Origin: Candidatus Iainarchaeum sp. | GTDB taxonomy: Archaea; Iainarchaeota; Iainarchaeia; Iainarchaeales; GCA-2688035 | Direction: 5' to 3' | Assembly: GCA_017610205.1 (NCBI GenBank) | Contig: JAFCCL010000005.1 | Span: 11,221 to 75,220, forward strand | DNA length: 64,000 nucleotides | Part shown: positions 18,066 through 27,107 of the stretch, in pieces | How positions within the stretch are numbered: the stretch's first letter is position 1 | How the letters are laid out: the number at the start of each line of letters is the position of its first letter | Position numbers and translations under genes: made by a program | The notes under the pieces: generated by a model | The model's database searches: none | What the model saw: the letters and a program-made list of their open reading frames with translations, nothing else | Told to the model about the DNA's origin: nothing

Positions 18066-18605
18066 CTAGCCAGTTATTTCTCCACTAATTTCAACACTGT
18101 GTCCAAAAGGCAGTTCAGCTGAGTCCTCTATCTTTACTGTGCAGTTACTGCTACTTGGCGTTACTGTTGCAGTTTTGTTAAAAGAAATCGTTTTCTTGTA
18201 ATTTATTGTCAAACCTGCTGCTGCGTTACTGCTGCATTCCAAATCAAAGCTGATTAAAGTATTTAATTTGTCACCACTAACATCTATATTTGAAGCAGTG
18301 CAGTTAATTTTGCCAATTGTACTGTAGTCTGTGGCGTAATGTATAATATAACTTTTGACTCTGGGCGTTATTTTTTCTATATCATAATCGCACGCAACAA
18401 ATATTTCGTCAACCATTGCGTCAACTGCTCCCTCCATAAGCAAATATTCAACATTTTGTCCCGCCCATTTTGCGTCAAGAATGGCGTCTGCTTTTCCCTG
18501 GCTTTCTCCTGCCTGTACTGTTGAAGCAATATTAAACGAAACAGCAATTATCATTACAATTGCCGCCAGAGCAATACCTCCTGAGTAAAGTCCTTTTTTG
18601 TTCAT
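18066..18605 (-). CDS. archaeal type IV pilin-like protein (class III signal peptide)
   Basis: MNKKGLYSGGIALAAIVMIIAV N-terminus. Confidence 0.5.
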   Translation of the reverse strand: MNKKGLYSGGIALAAIVMIIAVSFNIASTVQAGESQGKADAILDAKWAGQNVEYLLMEGAVDAMVDEIFVACDYDIEKITPRVKSYIIHYATDYSTIGKINCTASNIDVSGDKLNTLISFDLECSSNAAAGLTINYKKTISFNKTATVTPSSSNCTVKIEDSAELPFGHSVEISGEITG

Positions 18606-18910
18606 GCATCCTCACAAAAAACATTTTTTTCTATTGGTGCAAAAGATCCAATATTTCCGCCGAAGTCAATGGAGTAAACAACAACACATTTTCCAAATTC
18701 GGCATCAGGATCTATGGTTTCAACACCTGGATTTTCTTCATAAAAATTTATTACTGCACTGTCCCTTGCCTGTTCTGAAAGATTTTCAAATATCTGGTTT
18801 CCTGATTGTGAATCTATTTGATGAGGAATCCACGCAATAAAAAGAATTACTGCAATTAATGCAAGAATTGCATCTGTTGTGAACATTATTCCTTTCCTCA
18901 TGCTTTCCAC
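18602..18910 (-). CDS. archaeal type IV pilin-like protein
   Basis: MESMRKGIMFTTDAILALIAVILFIA class III signal peptide. Confidence 0.55.
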   Translation of the reverse strand: MESMRKGIMFTTDAILALIAVILFIAWIPHQIDSQSGNQIFENLSEQARDSAVINFYEENPGVETIDPDAEFGKCVVVYSIDFGGNIGSFAPIEKNVFCEDA

Positions 18911-19320
18911 ACCCTTACTCCAAGGTCAACAGTACTTCCAATCAAATCATCCATAAATGCTTTCCTTTTTATTTCGACAAAATCCTCGTTACCCAAAATG
19001 CTTTCACCTGCAAGAGTCAACTGGTCTATATTATACTTATATCCTGAATCCGTCAAAAAACCAGTTATTTTTGTAAAATCAGCGCCTGTATCAACACAGT
19101 TCATCAAATGCCCGCCTAGACCATCACTGCATGTTGTTTCATTGCTTGAAACAATAAGGTTTGCTGCAATTTTTGCAACGTTTCTCATTTCGTTGTACAT
19201 TCTTTCCTCTTTCATATTGTAGGTGTTAAATTCTGTTGCCTGAATCAATAAACCTACGGCTGCCATTATTACAACCATTGAAATCAGAAAATCCAGTGAA
19301 AATATTTGTCCTTTTTTCAT
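18898..19320 (-). CDS. archaeal type IV pilin-like protein
   Basis: MKKGQIFSLDFLISMVVIMAAVGLLI class III signal peptide. Confidence 0.6.
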   Translation of the reverse strand: MKKGQIFSLDFLISMVVIMAAVGLLIQATEFNTYNMKEERMYNEMRNVAKIAANLIVSSNETTCSDGLGGHLMNCVDTGADFTKITGFLTDSGYKYNIDQLTLAGESILGNEDFVEIKRKAFMDDLIGSTVDLGVRVWKA

Positions 19321-19325
19321 TCAAA

Positions 19326-19757
19326 TCACGTTTTTGTTATTGCAAGCCTTTCGCCGCATTCAATTTCAGTTGGAACCTTCATTAAAGGCGGAACAACATA
19401 TTGCTTTGTAACATTTACCTGAGTGCTTGTTCCTGTTTCAAGGTCAAAAATGTTGTAAAACAAGGTAATAGTTCCTGTCGTGTCATCTATTGCAATTGTA
19501 CATGGTTGTGGTGTTTCCTCTCCTGGCACCAAAAGGAACGGGACATCAAAGTAAATGCTTGCTGTTGCAGAATCGTTGAGCACTGCGGAATTTGAGATAA
19601 CTGCTGACAAGCCGTTTCCTATGTTATTCAACTGCTGCCTTATGCTTGCCTGCGATTGCATTTCTCCTATTTGTGTATTAACTGCAATAACTCCTCCTAT
19701 TGCAAAAAATCCTATTGTTATTGCAAGAATTAAATCCAGTGAAATTTGCCCGCGCAT
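19326..19757 (-). CDS. archaeal type IV pilin-like protein
   Basis: MRGQISLDLILAITIGFFAIGGVIAV class III signal peptide. Confidence 0.6.
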   Translation of the reverse strand: MRGQISLDLILAITIGFFAIGGVIAVNTQIGEMQSQASIRQQLNNIGNGLSAVISNSAVLNDSATASIYFDVPFLLVPGEETPQPCTIAIDDTTGTITLFYNIFDLETGTSTQVNVTKQYVVPPLMKVPTEIECGERLAITKT

Positions 19758-19790
19758 TCATTCTATTATAAGTTTAGTGATATTTAAAGA

Positions 19791-21305
19791 TTAGTATTGC
19801 AAAAGGCTTTTTCCAGTCATTTCTTTGGGCTTTTTAATATTCATTATTTTTAAAACAGTTGGGGCAATGTCTTTTAGCCCTCCGTTTTTCTTAAGTTTGC
19901 AGTTTCTAATCTTTTTGTCTGCTGAAACAATTATGAGTGGAACCTTGTTTATTGTATGAGACGTAGCCCATTTGGGGCTTTGGTCTTCAAGGTTTCCGTG
20001 GTCTGCAAACACAAGCAAAGTGTAATCTTTTTCAAGCCCTGCCTTAACTATTTTTCCAAGGCATTTGTCAACTGTTTCAGCAGCTTTTACACAGGCTTTC
20101 CAGATTCCTGTGTGTCCCACGAGATCTCCGTTGACAAGGTTTACAACAATGAATCCAAATTTTCTTTTGTTTATTTCTGCAACAAGCTTTTCAGTAACCT
20201 TGAAAGCACTCATCTCTGGCTTAAGGTCGTAAGTTGCAACTTTTGGAGAATTGATAAGAATCCTTTCTTCTCCCTTTTCTGGTTTTTCCTTTTGGCCGTT
20301 GAAGAAAAATGTCACGTGTGCATATTTTTCTGTTTCAGAAATTCTCAGCTGGCTTACTCCTTTTCTGCTCAGCACCTGCCCCAAAAGCTTTTCATGCACT
20401 ATTCCTTCAAATGCAACTTCTGCATTCATTGGCTTGTAATATGATGTCATTGCAACAAACAGGGCATGCAACGGCTTCCTTTTCCAGCCTTCAAATTTAT
20501 TTTCAACAATTGCTTTGGTTAACTGCCTTGTCCTATCAGTTCTAAAGTTGAAGAAAACAACACTGTCCTTGTTCTTTATTCCTTCATAGCCTTTTCTTTT
20601 CTCGGGTTTTATGAACTCGTCTGTTTCTCCTTTTTTATAGCATTCAAGCAGTGCATTTTCAGGATTTTCAAATTCACATTCAGATTTTCCAAGGACAATG
20701 CAATCATATGCCTTTTTTGTCCTGTTCCATCTTTTATCCCTATCCATTGCATAATATCTTCCGGAAATTGTTGCAATTTTTCCGGTTCCAATCTCTTTAA
20801 TTTTGCGCCTAAGTTTTTTCAAATGCACGATTCCGTTTTTAGGAGGCGCGTCTCTTCCATCTATTATTGCATGAACAAGCACTTTTTTGAGTCCTTTTCT
20901 TTTGCAGAGTTTAAGCAATGCATACAAATGATTTTCGTGTGAATGAACGCCTTCGCTTTGAAGCAATCCCATCAAGTGCATTGTGCTCTTGTTCTTTTTG
21001 CAGTTTTTAACTGCCTTTAGAAATGCCTTGTTTTTGAAAAATTCTCCCGATTCAATTGCCTTGTTTATTCTAATCATCGGCTGTAAAATTATTCTTCCGC
21101 TTCCAATTGTTAAATGTCCAACCTCGCTGTTTCCCTGAAATCCTTTTGGAAGGCCAACAGCTTGCCCTGAAGTATTTAACAGAGTGTGCGAGTATTTTCT
21201 TGTAAGCATGTCAGTATTTTTTGTGTCGGCTGCCTTAATTGCATTCTTTTCTTTTTTTTGGTTAAATCCCCATCCATCCCTTATTACCAGAATAACTTTT
21301 TTCAT
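19791..21305 (-). CDS. gpmI: 2,3-bisphosphoglycerate-independent phosphoglycerate mutase (GpmI type)
   Basis: 504 aa; N-terminal VILVIRDGWGF ... GNSEVGHLTIGSGRII matches the iPGM family. Confidence 0.8.
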   Translation of the reverse strand: MKKVILVIRDGWGFNQKKEKNAIKAADTKNTDMLTRKYSHTLLNTSGQAVGLPKGFQGNSEVGHLTIGSGRIILQPMIRINKAIESGEFFKNKAFLKAVKNCKKNKSTMHLMGLLQSEGVHSHENHLYALLKLCKRKGLKKVLVHAIIDGRDAPPKNGIVHLKKLRRKIKEIGTGKIATISGRYYAMDRDKRWNRTKKAYDCIVLGKSECEFENPENALLECYKKGETDEFIKPEKRKGYEGIKNKDSVVFFNFRTDRTRQLTKAIVENKFEGWKRKPLHALFVAMTSYYKPMNAEVAFEGIVHEKLLGQVLSRKGVSQLRISETEKYAHVTFFFNGQKEKPEKGEERILINSPKVATYDLKPEMSAFKVTEKLVAEINKRKFGFIVVNLVNGDLVGHTGIWKACVKAAETVDKCLGKIVKAGLEKDYTLLVFADHGNLEDQSPKWATSHTINKVPLIIVSADKKIRNCKLKKNGGLKDIAPTVLKIMNIKKPKEMTGKSLLQY

Positions 21306-21355
21306 TCAATCACTTTTCCTGTTTCCAACTTCCTGTTTCTCATTCAATCACTTTC
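21302..21355. repeat. imperfect about 38-bp direct duplication (tcattcaatcactttt / cctgtttc) at the JAMM stop / gpmI start junction
   Basis: tcattcaatcactttt at 21302-21317 and tcattcaatcactttc at 21340-21355; cctgtttc at 21318 and 21332. Copy 1 holds the gpmI ATG, copy 2 holds the JAMM stop. Confidence 0.8.
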
Positions 21356-21708
21356 ATTTCAATTTCTTTGCCTGTTTTGTTAAATGCCTTAAAGGAATCA
21401 AAATTAAATGGGCTGGCAATAATTAAATGAATTTCACCCATTGCCCGAAAAGCCCTTAAGTCAGCTCTGCTTGGCATTGCCCTGCCTATTGGGTGTGAGT
21501 GTACGCTTCCTACAATGTTGTTGTCGTATGGAACCAAATCAAGCCTTATGGTGCTGAATGTTTTTCCATAAATTGCCGGAAGCAAAACATATTCATCAAT
21601 TACACCGTTTTTTTTCTTGCTTGAAAGCAATGCCAAAAATTCGTCAGGAAAAGTATTTTTTGCCGCAAGTGAGATTGCTTCAAGTGTTCTGCTTTTAATA
21701 GATGCCAT
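21340..21708 (-). CDS. JAMM/MPN+ family metalloprotease (Mov34 domain)
   Basis: VHSHPIGRAMPSRADL = HxHx7Sx2D JAMM motif; 122 aa. Confidence 0.65.
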   Translation of the reverse strand: MASIKSRTLEAISLAAKNTFPDEFLALLSSKKKNGVIDEYVLLPAIYGKTFSTIRLDLVPYDNNIVGSVHSHPIGRAMPSRADLRAFRAMGEIHLIIASPFNFDSFKAFNKTGKEIEMKVIE

Positions 21709-21762
21709 TGTATGCCTTAAGACAAAACTCTTATTTTAACCTATTTGTTGCCTAAACCTTTT

Positions 21763-22959
21763 TCACCAAAATGGCAGATAACGTATTATTGTTGGAACCA
21801 TTAGGAAAGCCATTGAGTTTGACCTTTTAATTCCCAAATTTGCAGCAGCCAATCCTGTCAATGCTGCAACAGAGTAAAAGGCAATTCCAAGCAATCCTGA
21901 AAAGAAAAAAACAAGCGCTGTAACAAAGCACAGTATTGCAAGGTTTGCTTTTCTGTAATTGATTAGTTGCATTAGCTTTAATGCCTTTGATGCAACAAGG
22001 TTTGTTGCAATTGCGCCAAAGCCAAGTGCCAAAAGGCAGGCGCTTGCCACAAGGCCTAATTCCGTTGCTCCAAATGAAGAAACCTGACTTATTGCCACAG
22101 CGCTTCCTGTTCTTGCCTTTCCCAATGCAAACAGTACAAAAAATGAAAAAATCATTGTTGCAGTATTAACTCCGCCTAAAAGAATGAGATATTCTTCCTG
22201 TTTGATTTTTCCAATTGCTTTTCTTGCAATAAATGCAGCCTGGCTTGCTCCAATTCCCGGAAGTATTGAAACAAGGCTTCCTCCTGCAAGTGCAAGAAGA
22301 GATCCTTTGAACACCCTGCTTTTTTTGATTGAAATTTTTTCACTAACCTGCTCTGCAATTGCAGGCTTTTTGATAATACTGTCAATCAATGTGCTTGCTC
22401 CGAAAAATCCTGTTGCAAGGCAAAACAAAGGTTCTTTTAGTGGAAGCGCACTGTTTAATGCAATCAATCCAAGCAATCCGCTTGCAGTAACAATTGTTGC
22501 TGTCCAAATAATTTTTCTGCTTTTTTCTGCCAAAATCATTGAGGCAAGAATTGCAATAAGTACAAACGGAATGGCTGTTGAAATAATTTCGTATCCGTTG
22601 TTTGCTATTGCAACAAAGAAAGGTGAAATTGCAAGAGCGGCAATTCCTGTAAAAAGCCCGCCTGCAACAGTGAGCTTTACTGCTGTAAGGCCTTTTCCCT
22701 GCAAAAGCATTCTGTGTCCTGGAAGTACTCCCAAAAAGGTGTCTGAATCAGGTGCACCAAACAAAATGCTTGGAATAAAATCCACAAAAGTGTGCACTAC
22801 ACTCATGCATGCAATGAACACAATAAAAAACTGGTTGTTCAATCCAGGGATTGTAAGTGCAACAAGCGAAATTGTATTTACATGCAGTCCTGGTACAAGC
22901 CCTGTTGCAATTCCGGCAAAGCAGCCGCCTACTGCTGCCAAAAGCACCCCTATTTCCAT
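21763..22959 (-). CDS. TctA-like / DUF112 family integral membrane protein
   Basis: 398 aa, polytopic; GLVPGLHVNT motif typical of DUF112/TctA. Confidence 0.5.
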   Translation of the reverse strand: MEIGVLLAAVGGCFAGIATGLVPGLHVNTISLVALTIPGLNNQFFIVFIACMSVVHTFVDFIPSILFGAPDSDTFLGVLPGHRMLLQGKGLTAVKLTVAGGLFTGIAALAISPFFVAIANNGYEIISTAIPFVLIAILASMILAEKSRKIIWTATIVTASGLLGLIALNSALPLKEPLFCLATGFFGASTLIDSIIKKPAIAEQVSEKISIKKSRVFKGSLLALAGGSLVSILPGIGASQAAFIARKAIGKIKQEEYLILLGGVNTATMIFSFFVLFALGKARTGSAVAISQVSSFGATELGLVASACLLALGFGAIATNLVASKALKLMQLINYRKANLAILCFVTALVFFFSGLLGIAFYSVAALTGLAAANLGIKRSNSMAFLMVPTIIRYLPFW

Positions 22960-23052
22960 TCATTCACCTTTTTCCACCTCTGCCTTATTTCCATTCATTC
23001 ACCTTTTCCAGCCTTTGCCTTATTTCCATTCACTCACCTTTTCAACAACAAG
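22949..23052. repeat. about 35-bp tandem repeat x3 (ccttatttccattcattcaccttttcc...) at the OB-fold-gene stop / TctA start junction
   Basis: Copies 22949-22982, 22983-23017, 23018-23052. Copy 1 contains the TctA ATG; copy 3 contains the stop of the 23020-23373 gene. Minus-strand reading of each copy carries AGGTGA + ATG. Confidence 0.85.
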
Positions 23053-23373
23053 TTCGAGTTCTCCTTTGTAAATTTGAATTTTTCCTTCAAGGATTGCAAT
23101 CATTCCTTTTTCAAGCTGGGGGAATTTTTCAGCTTCAAACGAAATTGCCTTTATTTTTCCTGTTCCGTCATAAAGCTGCATAAATGCAATGCCCTGCCTT
23201 TGGCTAAATGATTCAATTCTTGCCTTTACCTTTACATACAAGCCTTGGTCCTCTGCCTTTATTTCCAAAATTTTCAGCTCTTTTGGTTCAATTGTTTCAG
23301 AGGTTGCAAAAAGAAGTGCAATTCCAATAATTGAAGCAAGCAATGCAATAAGCGCAATTCTTTCCTGCTTCAT
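23020..23373 (-). CDS. membrane-anchored OB-fold protein
   Basis: N-terminal TM helix (IALIALLASIIGIALLF), then a beta-rich region resembling an OB-fold nucleic-acid-binding domain. Confidence 0.4.
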   Translation of the reverse strand: MKQERIALIALLASIIGIALLFATSETIEPKELKILEIKAEDQGLYVKVKARIESFSQRQGIAFMQLYDGTGKIKAISFEAEKFPQLEKGMIAILEGKIQIYKGELELVVEKVSEWK

Positions 23374-23435
23374 AATTTAGGCTTGTCCTTGCCTGTGCTT
23401 AAAAAAAGTTTTGTTTTTTCGCTTTTCAACGAAAG

Positions 23436-23804
23436 CTAGCTGCAGTTAGCTGAATTATTTTGTACTATGCTTACAGTGTCTGGTTCATAACCTGTTGTGT
23501 TTTCCACAATCTCTTCTATGGCGTCAGTGTCAAGGATATTGTCTACCGGGTCAAGCATTATGCAAAAGCATATTACTTCTGTTCCTCCAGCACAACTTGT
23601 TTCTGCTTTGTATCCTATTTCTTCTATAAAATATTGGTAGTTGGTTGCGTCAAGCTGTTTCAGTGTTTCAACTTCTATTATTTCCAAAGCCATTGTAGGG
23701 CTCATTATTCTTGTGTAGTATCCTAAAACGCTTATGCTCATCATTATGATAATGCTTGCAAGAAGCAGTGTTTCAATGCTTACCTGTCCTTTTTCTTTTT
23801 TCAT
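23436..23804 (-). CDS. archaeal type IV pilin-like protein
   Basis: MKKEKGQVSIETLLLASIIIMMSISVLG class III signal peptide. Confidence 0.6.
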   Translation of the reverse strand: MKKEKGQVSIETLLLASIIIMMSISVLGYYTRIMSPTMALEIIEVETLKQLDATNYQYFIEEIGYKAETSCAGGTEVICFCIMLDPVDNILDTDAIEEIVENTTGYEPDTVSIVQNNSANCS

Positions 23805-23810
23805 TGGCTT

Positions 23811-24317
23811 TCAGCTCACTGTAACTCCTGCCAGCCCTCCTTTTTCTACCACAAAATTTTTGAATATTGGTCCTGTGATGTTGAATGTGGTGCCTGCTCC
23901 GGAAATAAGGCTTATGGTGGAAGTGCATTTGTAACAGGTAGCCGCACCATTTGGGCATTCTCCTGCTGCAATTATCTCAGTACAGTTTATTTCGTCAGGA
24001 TTGCCTCCTCCTGCGTCAACATAGGCAATTAATGAAATTTCATCTACTCCTGCAGTGCCGGAAATTTCTGCACCAAATGGTAATAAAACTCTTATAGTTT
24101 TTTTCATGTAGCCGCTTGAAGATTCTGCTTCGTTCAAGGCGTTTGCAAGTTTCATTGCCGAAATCTTTGTGTCTGAAATGTCTTTGACATCTTCTGCTGC
24201 ATTTGTTGAATCAAGAACAATTGGCCATACAACGCTTGTTATGTAAAACAATGCAATGGTTATAATTAGTATAAATTCAATGCTTACCTGTCCTTTTCTG
24301 CTTAAAGCCAAAACCAA
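23811..24317 (-). CDS. archaeal type IV pilin-like protein
   Basis: MVLALSRKGQVSIEFILIITIALFYI class III signal peptide. Confidence 0.6.
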   Translation of the reverse strand: MVLALSRKGQVSIEFILIITIALFYITSVVWPIVLDSTNAAEDVKDISDTKISAMKLANALNEAESSSGYMKKTIRVLLPFGAEISGTAGVDEISLIAYVDAGGGNPDEINCTEIIAAGECPNGAATCYKCTSTISLISGAGTTFNITGPIFKNFVVEKGGLAGVTVS

Positions 24318-25420
24318 ATCACGTCTCCTACTATGTTTAATGCAATGTATGCAATCAAAACTGCTGGAACAAAGGGCGCGCTTTCTTTTACAAGCAACCT
24401 GTCAGGAATCCTTTTTTCTTCTGCAAGTTTTTTGAGCCTGCTTATTTGCTTTTCTGTAAGTCCTGCGGCAGATTTGCTTGAAACTATTTCTTTTCCCTTT
24501 GGTTTCATCAGTTCAATTGCTTTGCCAAACCTATTTGATGCAAAGTACTTAATTAATTTTTTTATTCCCATTTCCTGCACTATTTTGACCTTTTTTCCAT
24601 TTTGCACAATGGTTTGTCCAGAAATCATTCCTTCCTCCAATTCTTTAATTTTCACTGGCTTTCTCATCAAAATTTTTGAAAGTGAGTAAAGCTTTAGCAA
24701 AAACCATGTTCCAAGAAGGAAGCAGAACAGGATTGCAAACTCTTCAGCTGCAGTTTTTGCATTAATTGACAGCGCGGCAATTAATACAATGCCTGCCAAT
24801 GCTGCCCTTGGCTTTTCTGGAACAAACACTGAAGCAAAAAGCAGTGGGAGCACAAGCAATGGTGTTATTTCAAAGAATGAGAGAGTGGAACCAAAGCCTA
24901 TTGCAAGGGCTGCAAGTTCAATAATTTCAATTAATCTTTTTTTGAAATCCTGTGCAAATTTTTCTTTTTCAATTTTGTTCTTCAAAAGCCTTGTTGCTGC
25001 AAGAATTGCTCCATATGGAAGCATTGCAAAAAGGCTGAACATAAAAAGCGTTAATGGAAACACTGGAGTGCTTATTGGTGCAAAGGCTGGGAGGGAAACC
25101 ATTCCCAGCCTTGAAAGAATTGCAGGATTTACCGGATTTAATGCTGCAAGCCCTGCAAAAAGTTTTACGTCTCCGCCTGCCCAGACTCCCATTCTGTAAA
25201 GCCAGTATGCTGCTGCAAAAGTTATTGCGGTTACTGCAATTGCCCACGCCAGTATTGTCCAGTCGCCTGCAGCAAATGCAATAACCGCGTGGCCTGCAAT
25301 TCCTATAACTATCATTCCATAGGTTATTTTGTTGCTTATCATTCTTTCCTTAAAATCGGTGTAGGTGCCGTAGCCAAGCCCTGCAATTGAAATAAAAAAG
25401 AAAAAAAGATAAGGGATCAT
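24302..25420 (-). CDS. prepilin/preflagellin peptidase (A24 family; PibD/FlaK-like) with a long C-terminal extension
   Basis: Polytopic; GVWAGGDVKLFAGLAA matches the conserved GGGDVKL second-Asp motif of archaeal prepilin peptidases; 372 aa. Confidence 0.65.
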   Translation of the reverse strand: MIPYLFFFFISIAGLGYGTYTDFKERMISNKITYGMIVIGIAGHAVIAFAAGDWTILAWAIAVTAITFAAAYWLYRMGVWAGGDVKLFAGLAALNPVNPAILSRLGMVSLPAFAPISTPVFPLTLFMFSLFAMLPYGAILAATRLLKNKIEKEKFAQDFKKRLIEIIELAALAIGFGSTLSFFEITPLLVLPLLFASVFVPEKPRAALAGIVLIAALSINAKTAAEEFAILFCFLLGTWFLLKLYSLSKILMRKPVKIKELEEGMISGQTIVQNGKKVKIVQEMGIKKLIKYFASNRFGKAIELMKPKGKEIVSSKSAAGLTEKQISRLKKLAEEKRIPDRLLVKESAPFVPAVLIAYIALNIVGDVIWFWL

Positions 25421-25434
25421 TTTTTAGGCCCCTG

Positions 25435-25608
25435 TCAGCTTCTCAGCATGGAAGCAATTGTCTGGCTTCTGTACTCAAGGATTCTTCCCTGTGCTGTCTG
25501 TGCAACTGCGCTGATTCCGTCAATAAGCATTGCTGCAACCATTGCAAGCGTTATTCCAAACAACGCCAGTAACAAATACTCTATTGAAACCTGCGCCTTA
25601 TTGTCCAT
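25435..25608 (-). CDS. archaeal type IV pilin-like protein (short)
   Basis: Start taken at MDNKAQVSIEYLLLALFGITLAMVAAML (class III signal peptide) rather than the longer ORF-track start. Confidence 0.55.
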   Translation of the reverse strand: MDNKAQVSIEYLLLALFGITLAMVAAMLIDGISAVAQTAQGRILEYRSQTIASMLRS

Positions 25609-25633
25609 AGAAAAACACTTTGTTACTATGTTG

Positions 25634-25918
25634 TTAATCAACCTCTGCAGCACAACTTGCCATATCTGCTTGACCTGTTGCATCAGTTAAGCCATCTATC
25701 TGTTTTGCAACACAGTTCCAGGTTTCAGAACCGCTTGTAAATCCTGTGTCGGCATTACATACTGCGAACTGGCTGTGGGTTGCGCATCGTACGTTTGCCC
25801 CTGGATCTGGTGTTGTTCCTGGTATCCCTGTTACAAGTGCTATCACAATTGCTGCTACTAGTACTGCGCCTCCGATTAGGAGAAGGTATTCCAATGCGCC
25901 TTGACCTTTTATATTCAT
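25634..25918 (-). CDS. archaeal type IV pilin-like protein
   Basis: MNIKGQGALEYLLLIGGAVLVAAIVIALV class III signal peptide. Confidence 0.65.
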   Translation of the reverse strand: MNIKGQGALEYLLLIGGAVLVAAIVIALVTGIPGTTPDPGANVRCATHSQFAVCNADTGFTSGSETWNCVAKQIDGLTDATGQADMASCAAEVD

Positions 25919-25988
25919 TTCATTTTACCTCCTTGAGTTTTGTTTTAATTGTATTTTATTTAATTTTTGTAATTTATAAACGTTTCTT

Positions 25989-26183
25989 TTAAGGTGTTGC
26001 TGCTTCTCCTGCCTTGATGTTTGCCTGGTTTGCTGCTTCTGCCGCTGCATTTTTTAGAAGCACTCCTACAATGCTTACAAGTACTATTGCGCCTGCGATT
26101 AGTACAAGCATTTCAATGCTTCCCTGAGCCTTTTTCTCTTTTAAAAAACCCATTTTTTTCACCTTATTATTATACTCCGCCAA
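25989..26183 (-). CDS. archaeal type IV pilin-like protein (short)
   Basis: KKAQGSIEMLVLIAGAIVLVSIVGVLL class III signal peptide. Confidence 0.6.
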   Translation of the reverse strand: MAEYNNKVKKMGFLKEKKAQGSIEMLVLIAGAIVLVSIVGVLLKNAAAEAANQANIKAGEAATP

Positions 26184-27105
26184 TCATAAGCCCTGATGCA
26201 AATGCTGCAATATAGTAGCATATGAATGCTATTAACAAGAGGACTGGGATATATATAAGACTTTTGCTTATTTTTCCCTCTCTTGTAAGTGCAATCATTG
26301 CGCCTGATGCAACAACTTCTATTACTATGTAAATTTGTATTAGTATTACTATAATGTCTTTTGTTGCAACTGCCTGTACGATTTCAAATTTGCTTTTTAC
26401 TATTCCTGCAGATGTTGCAATTAGTAATTCTATGACTGTTGTAATCATTCCCATTATGATTGGTGCAACAATTGAGCCTGCTGCAACAATGAAAATTACT
26501 TGCAGCATTGTTCCGGCAATTCTTTCTCTTCCAATTCTGTGAAGTGCTCTTACGTCATCGGCTATTTCGTCAAGCACGTCAGCCAGTCCTGCTCCTGCTT
26601 TTATTGCGTCGTTTATTATTGCAACTGTTCTTCTTACAAGTACTGAGTCAACGTTTTCGGCAAAACTTGCAAGGCCGTCCTCCATGTTTTCCCCTTCTTC
26701 CATTTTTCTCAAAACATTTTCCATTTCAAAACTTAGCGGTCCGTATTCTGCAGTTGAAATTTCTCTCAATCCATATTCATAGGTTCCGCCCGCTTTTAGT
26801 GTGTCAGCCAATTGCTTTAATGCATCTGGCAATGCTTCTTCTATGGAATTTATTCTTCGCATTGCAAGTATGTAGGGATACCCAAGCATGACATCTAGTA
26901 CAACCAGAAAAATAACAAATGCAACAAGTGGTGAAATTGGCAGACTGAACAAGGCAATTATTCCAAAGACTGCTATTGCTGCTACAATTGCGCTTATTGT
27001 TGACGCAACCATCCAGGCTACTGCAGGAATTTTGAATTTCACGTCTTTTAGCATGCTTTTGTAATTTTGAAAAAATGCAAATCCCTCAATTTTTTTCTCG
27101 TTCAT
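26170..27105 (-). CDS. TadC/FlaJ-like pilus platform membrane protein (single T2SSF domain)
   Basis: 311 aa polytopic protein; cytoplasmic helical domain (ALKQLADTLKAGGTYEYGLREIS...) of T2SS-F type between TM segments. Confidence 0.6.
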   Translation of the reverse strand: MNEKKIEGFAFFQNYKSMLKDVKFKIPAVAWMVASTISAIVAAIAVFGIIALFSLPISPLVAFVIFLVVLDVMLGYPYILAMRRINSIEEALPDALKQLADTLKAGGTYEYGLREISTAEYGPLSFEMENVLRKMEEGENMEDGLASFAENVDSVLVRRTVAIINDAIKAGAGLADVLDEIADDVRALHRIGRERIAGTMLQVIFIVAAGSIVAPIIMGMITTVIELLIATSAGIVKSKFEIVQAVATKDIIVILIQIYIVIEVVASGAMIALTREGKISKSLIYIPVLLLIAFICYYIAAFASGLMIGGV

Positions 27106-27107
27106 GT

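Noticed and set aside
22184-23071. 295-aa plus-strand ORF
   Set aside because: Entirely antisense to the TctA-like membrane protein gene and the junction repeats. Ser/Ala/Pro-rich composition typical of an antisense artefact.
25435-25683. Long form of the pilin ORF starting at MQQVKQIW
   Set aside because: The class III signal peptide begins at the internal MDNKAQVSIEYLL. The upstream 25 codons overlap the neighbouring gene region and lack signal-peptide logic.
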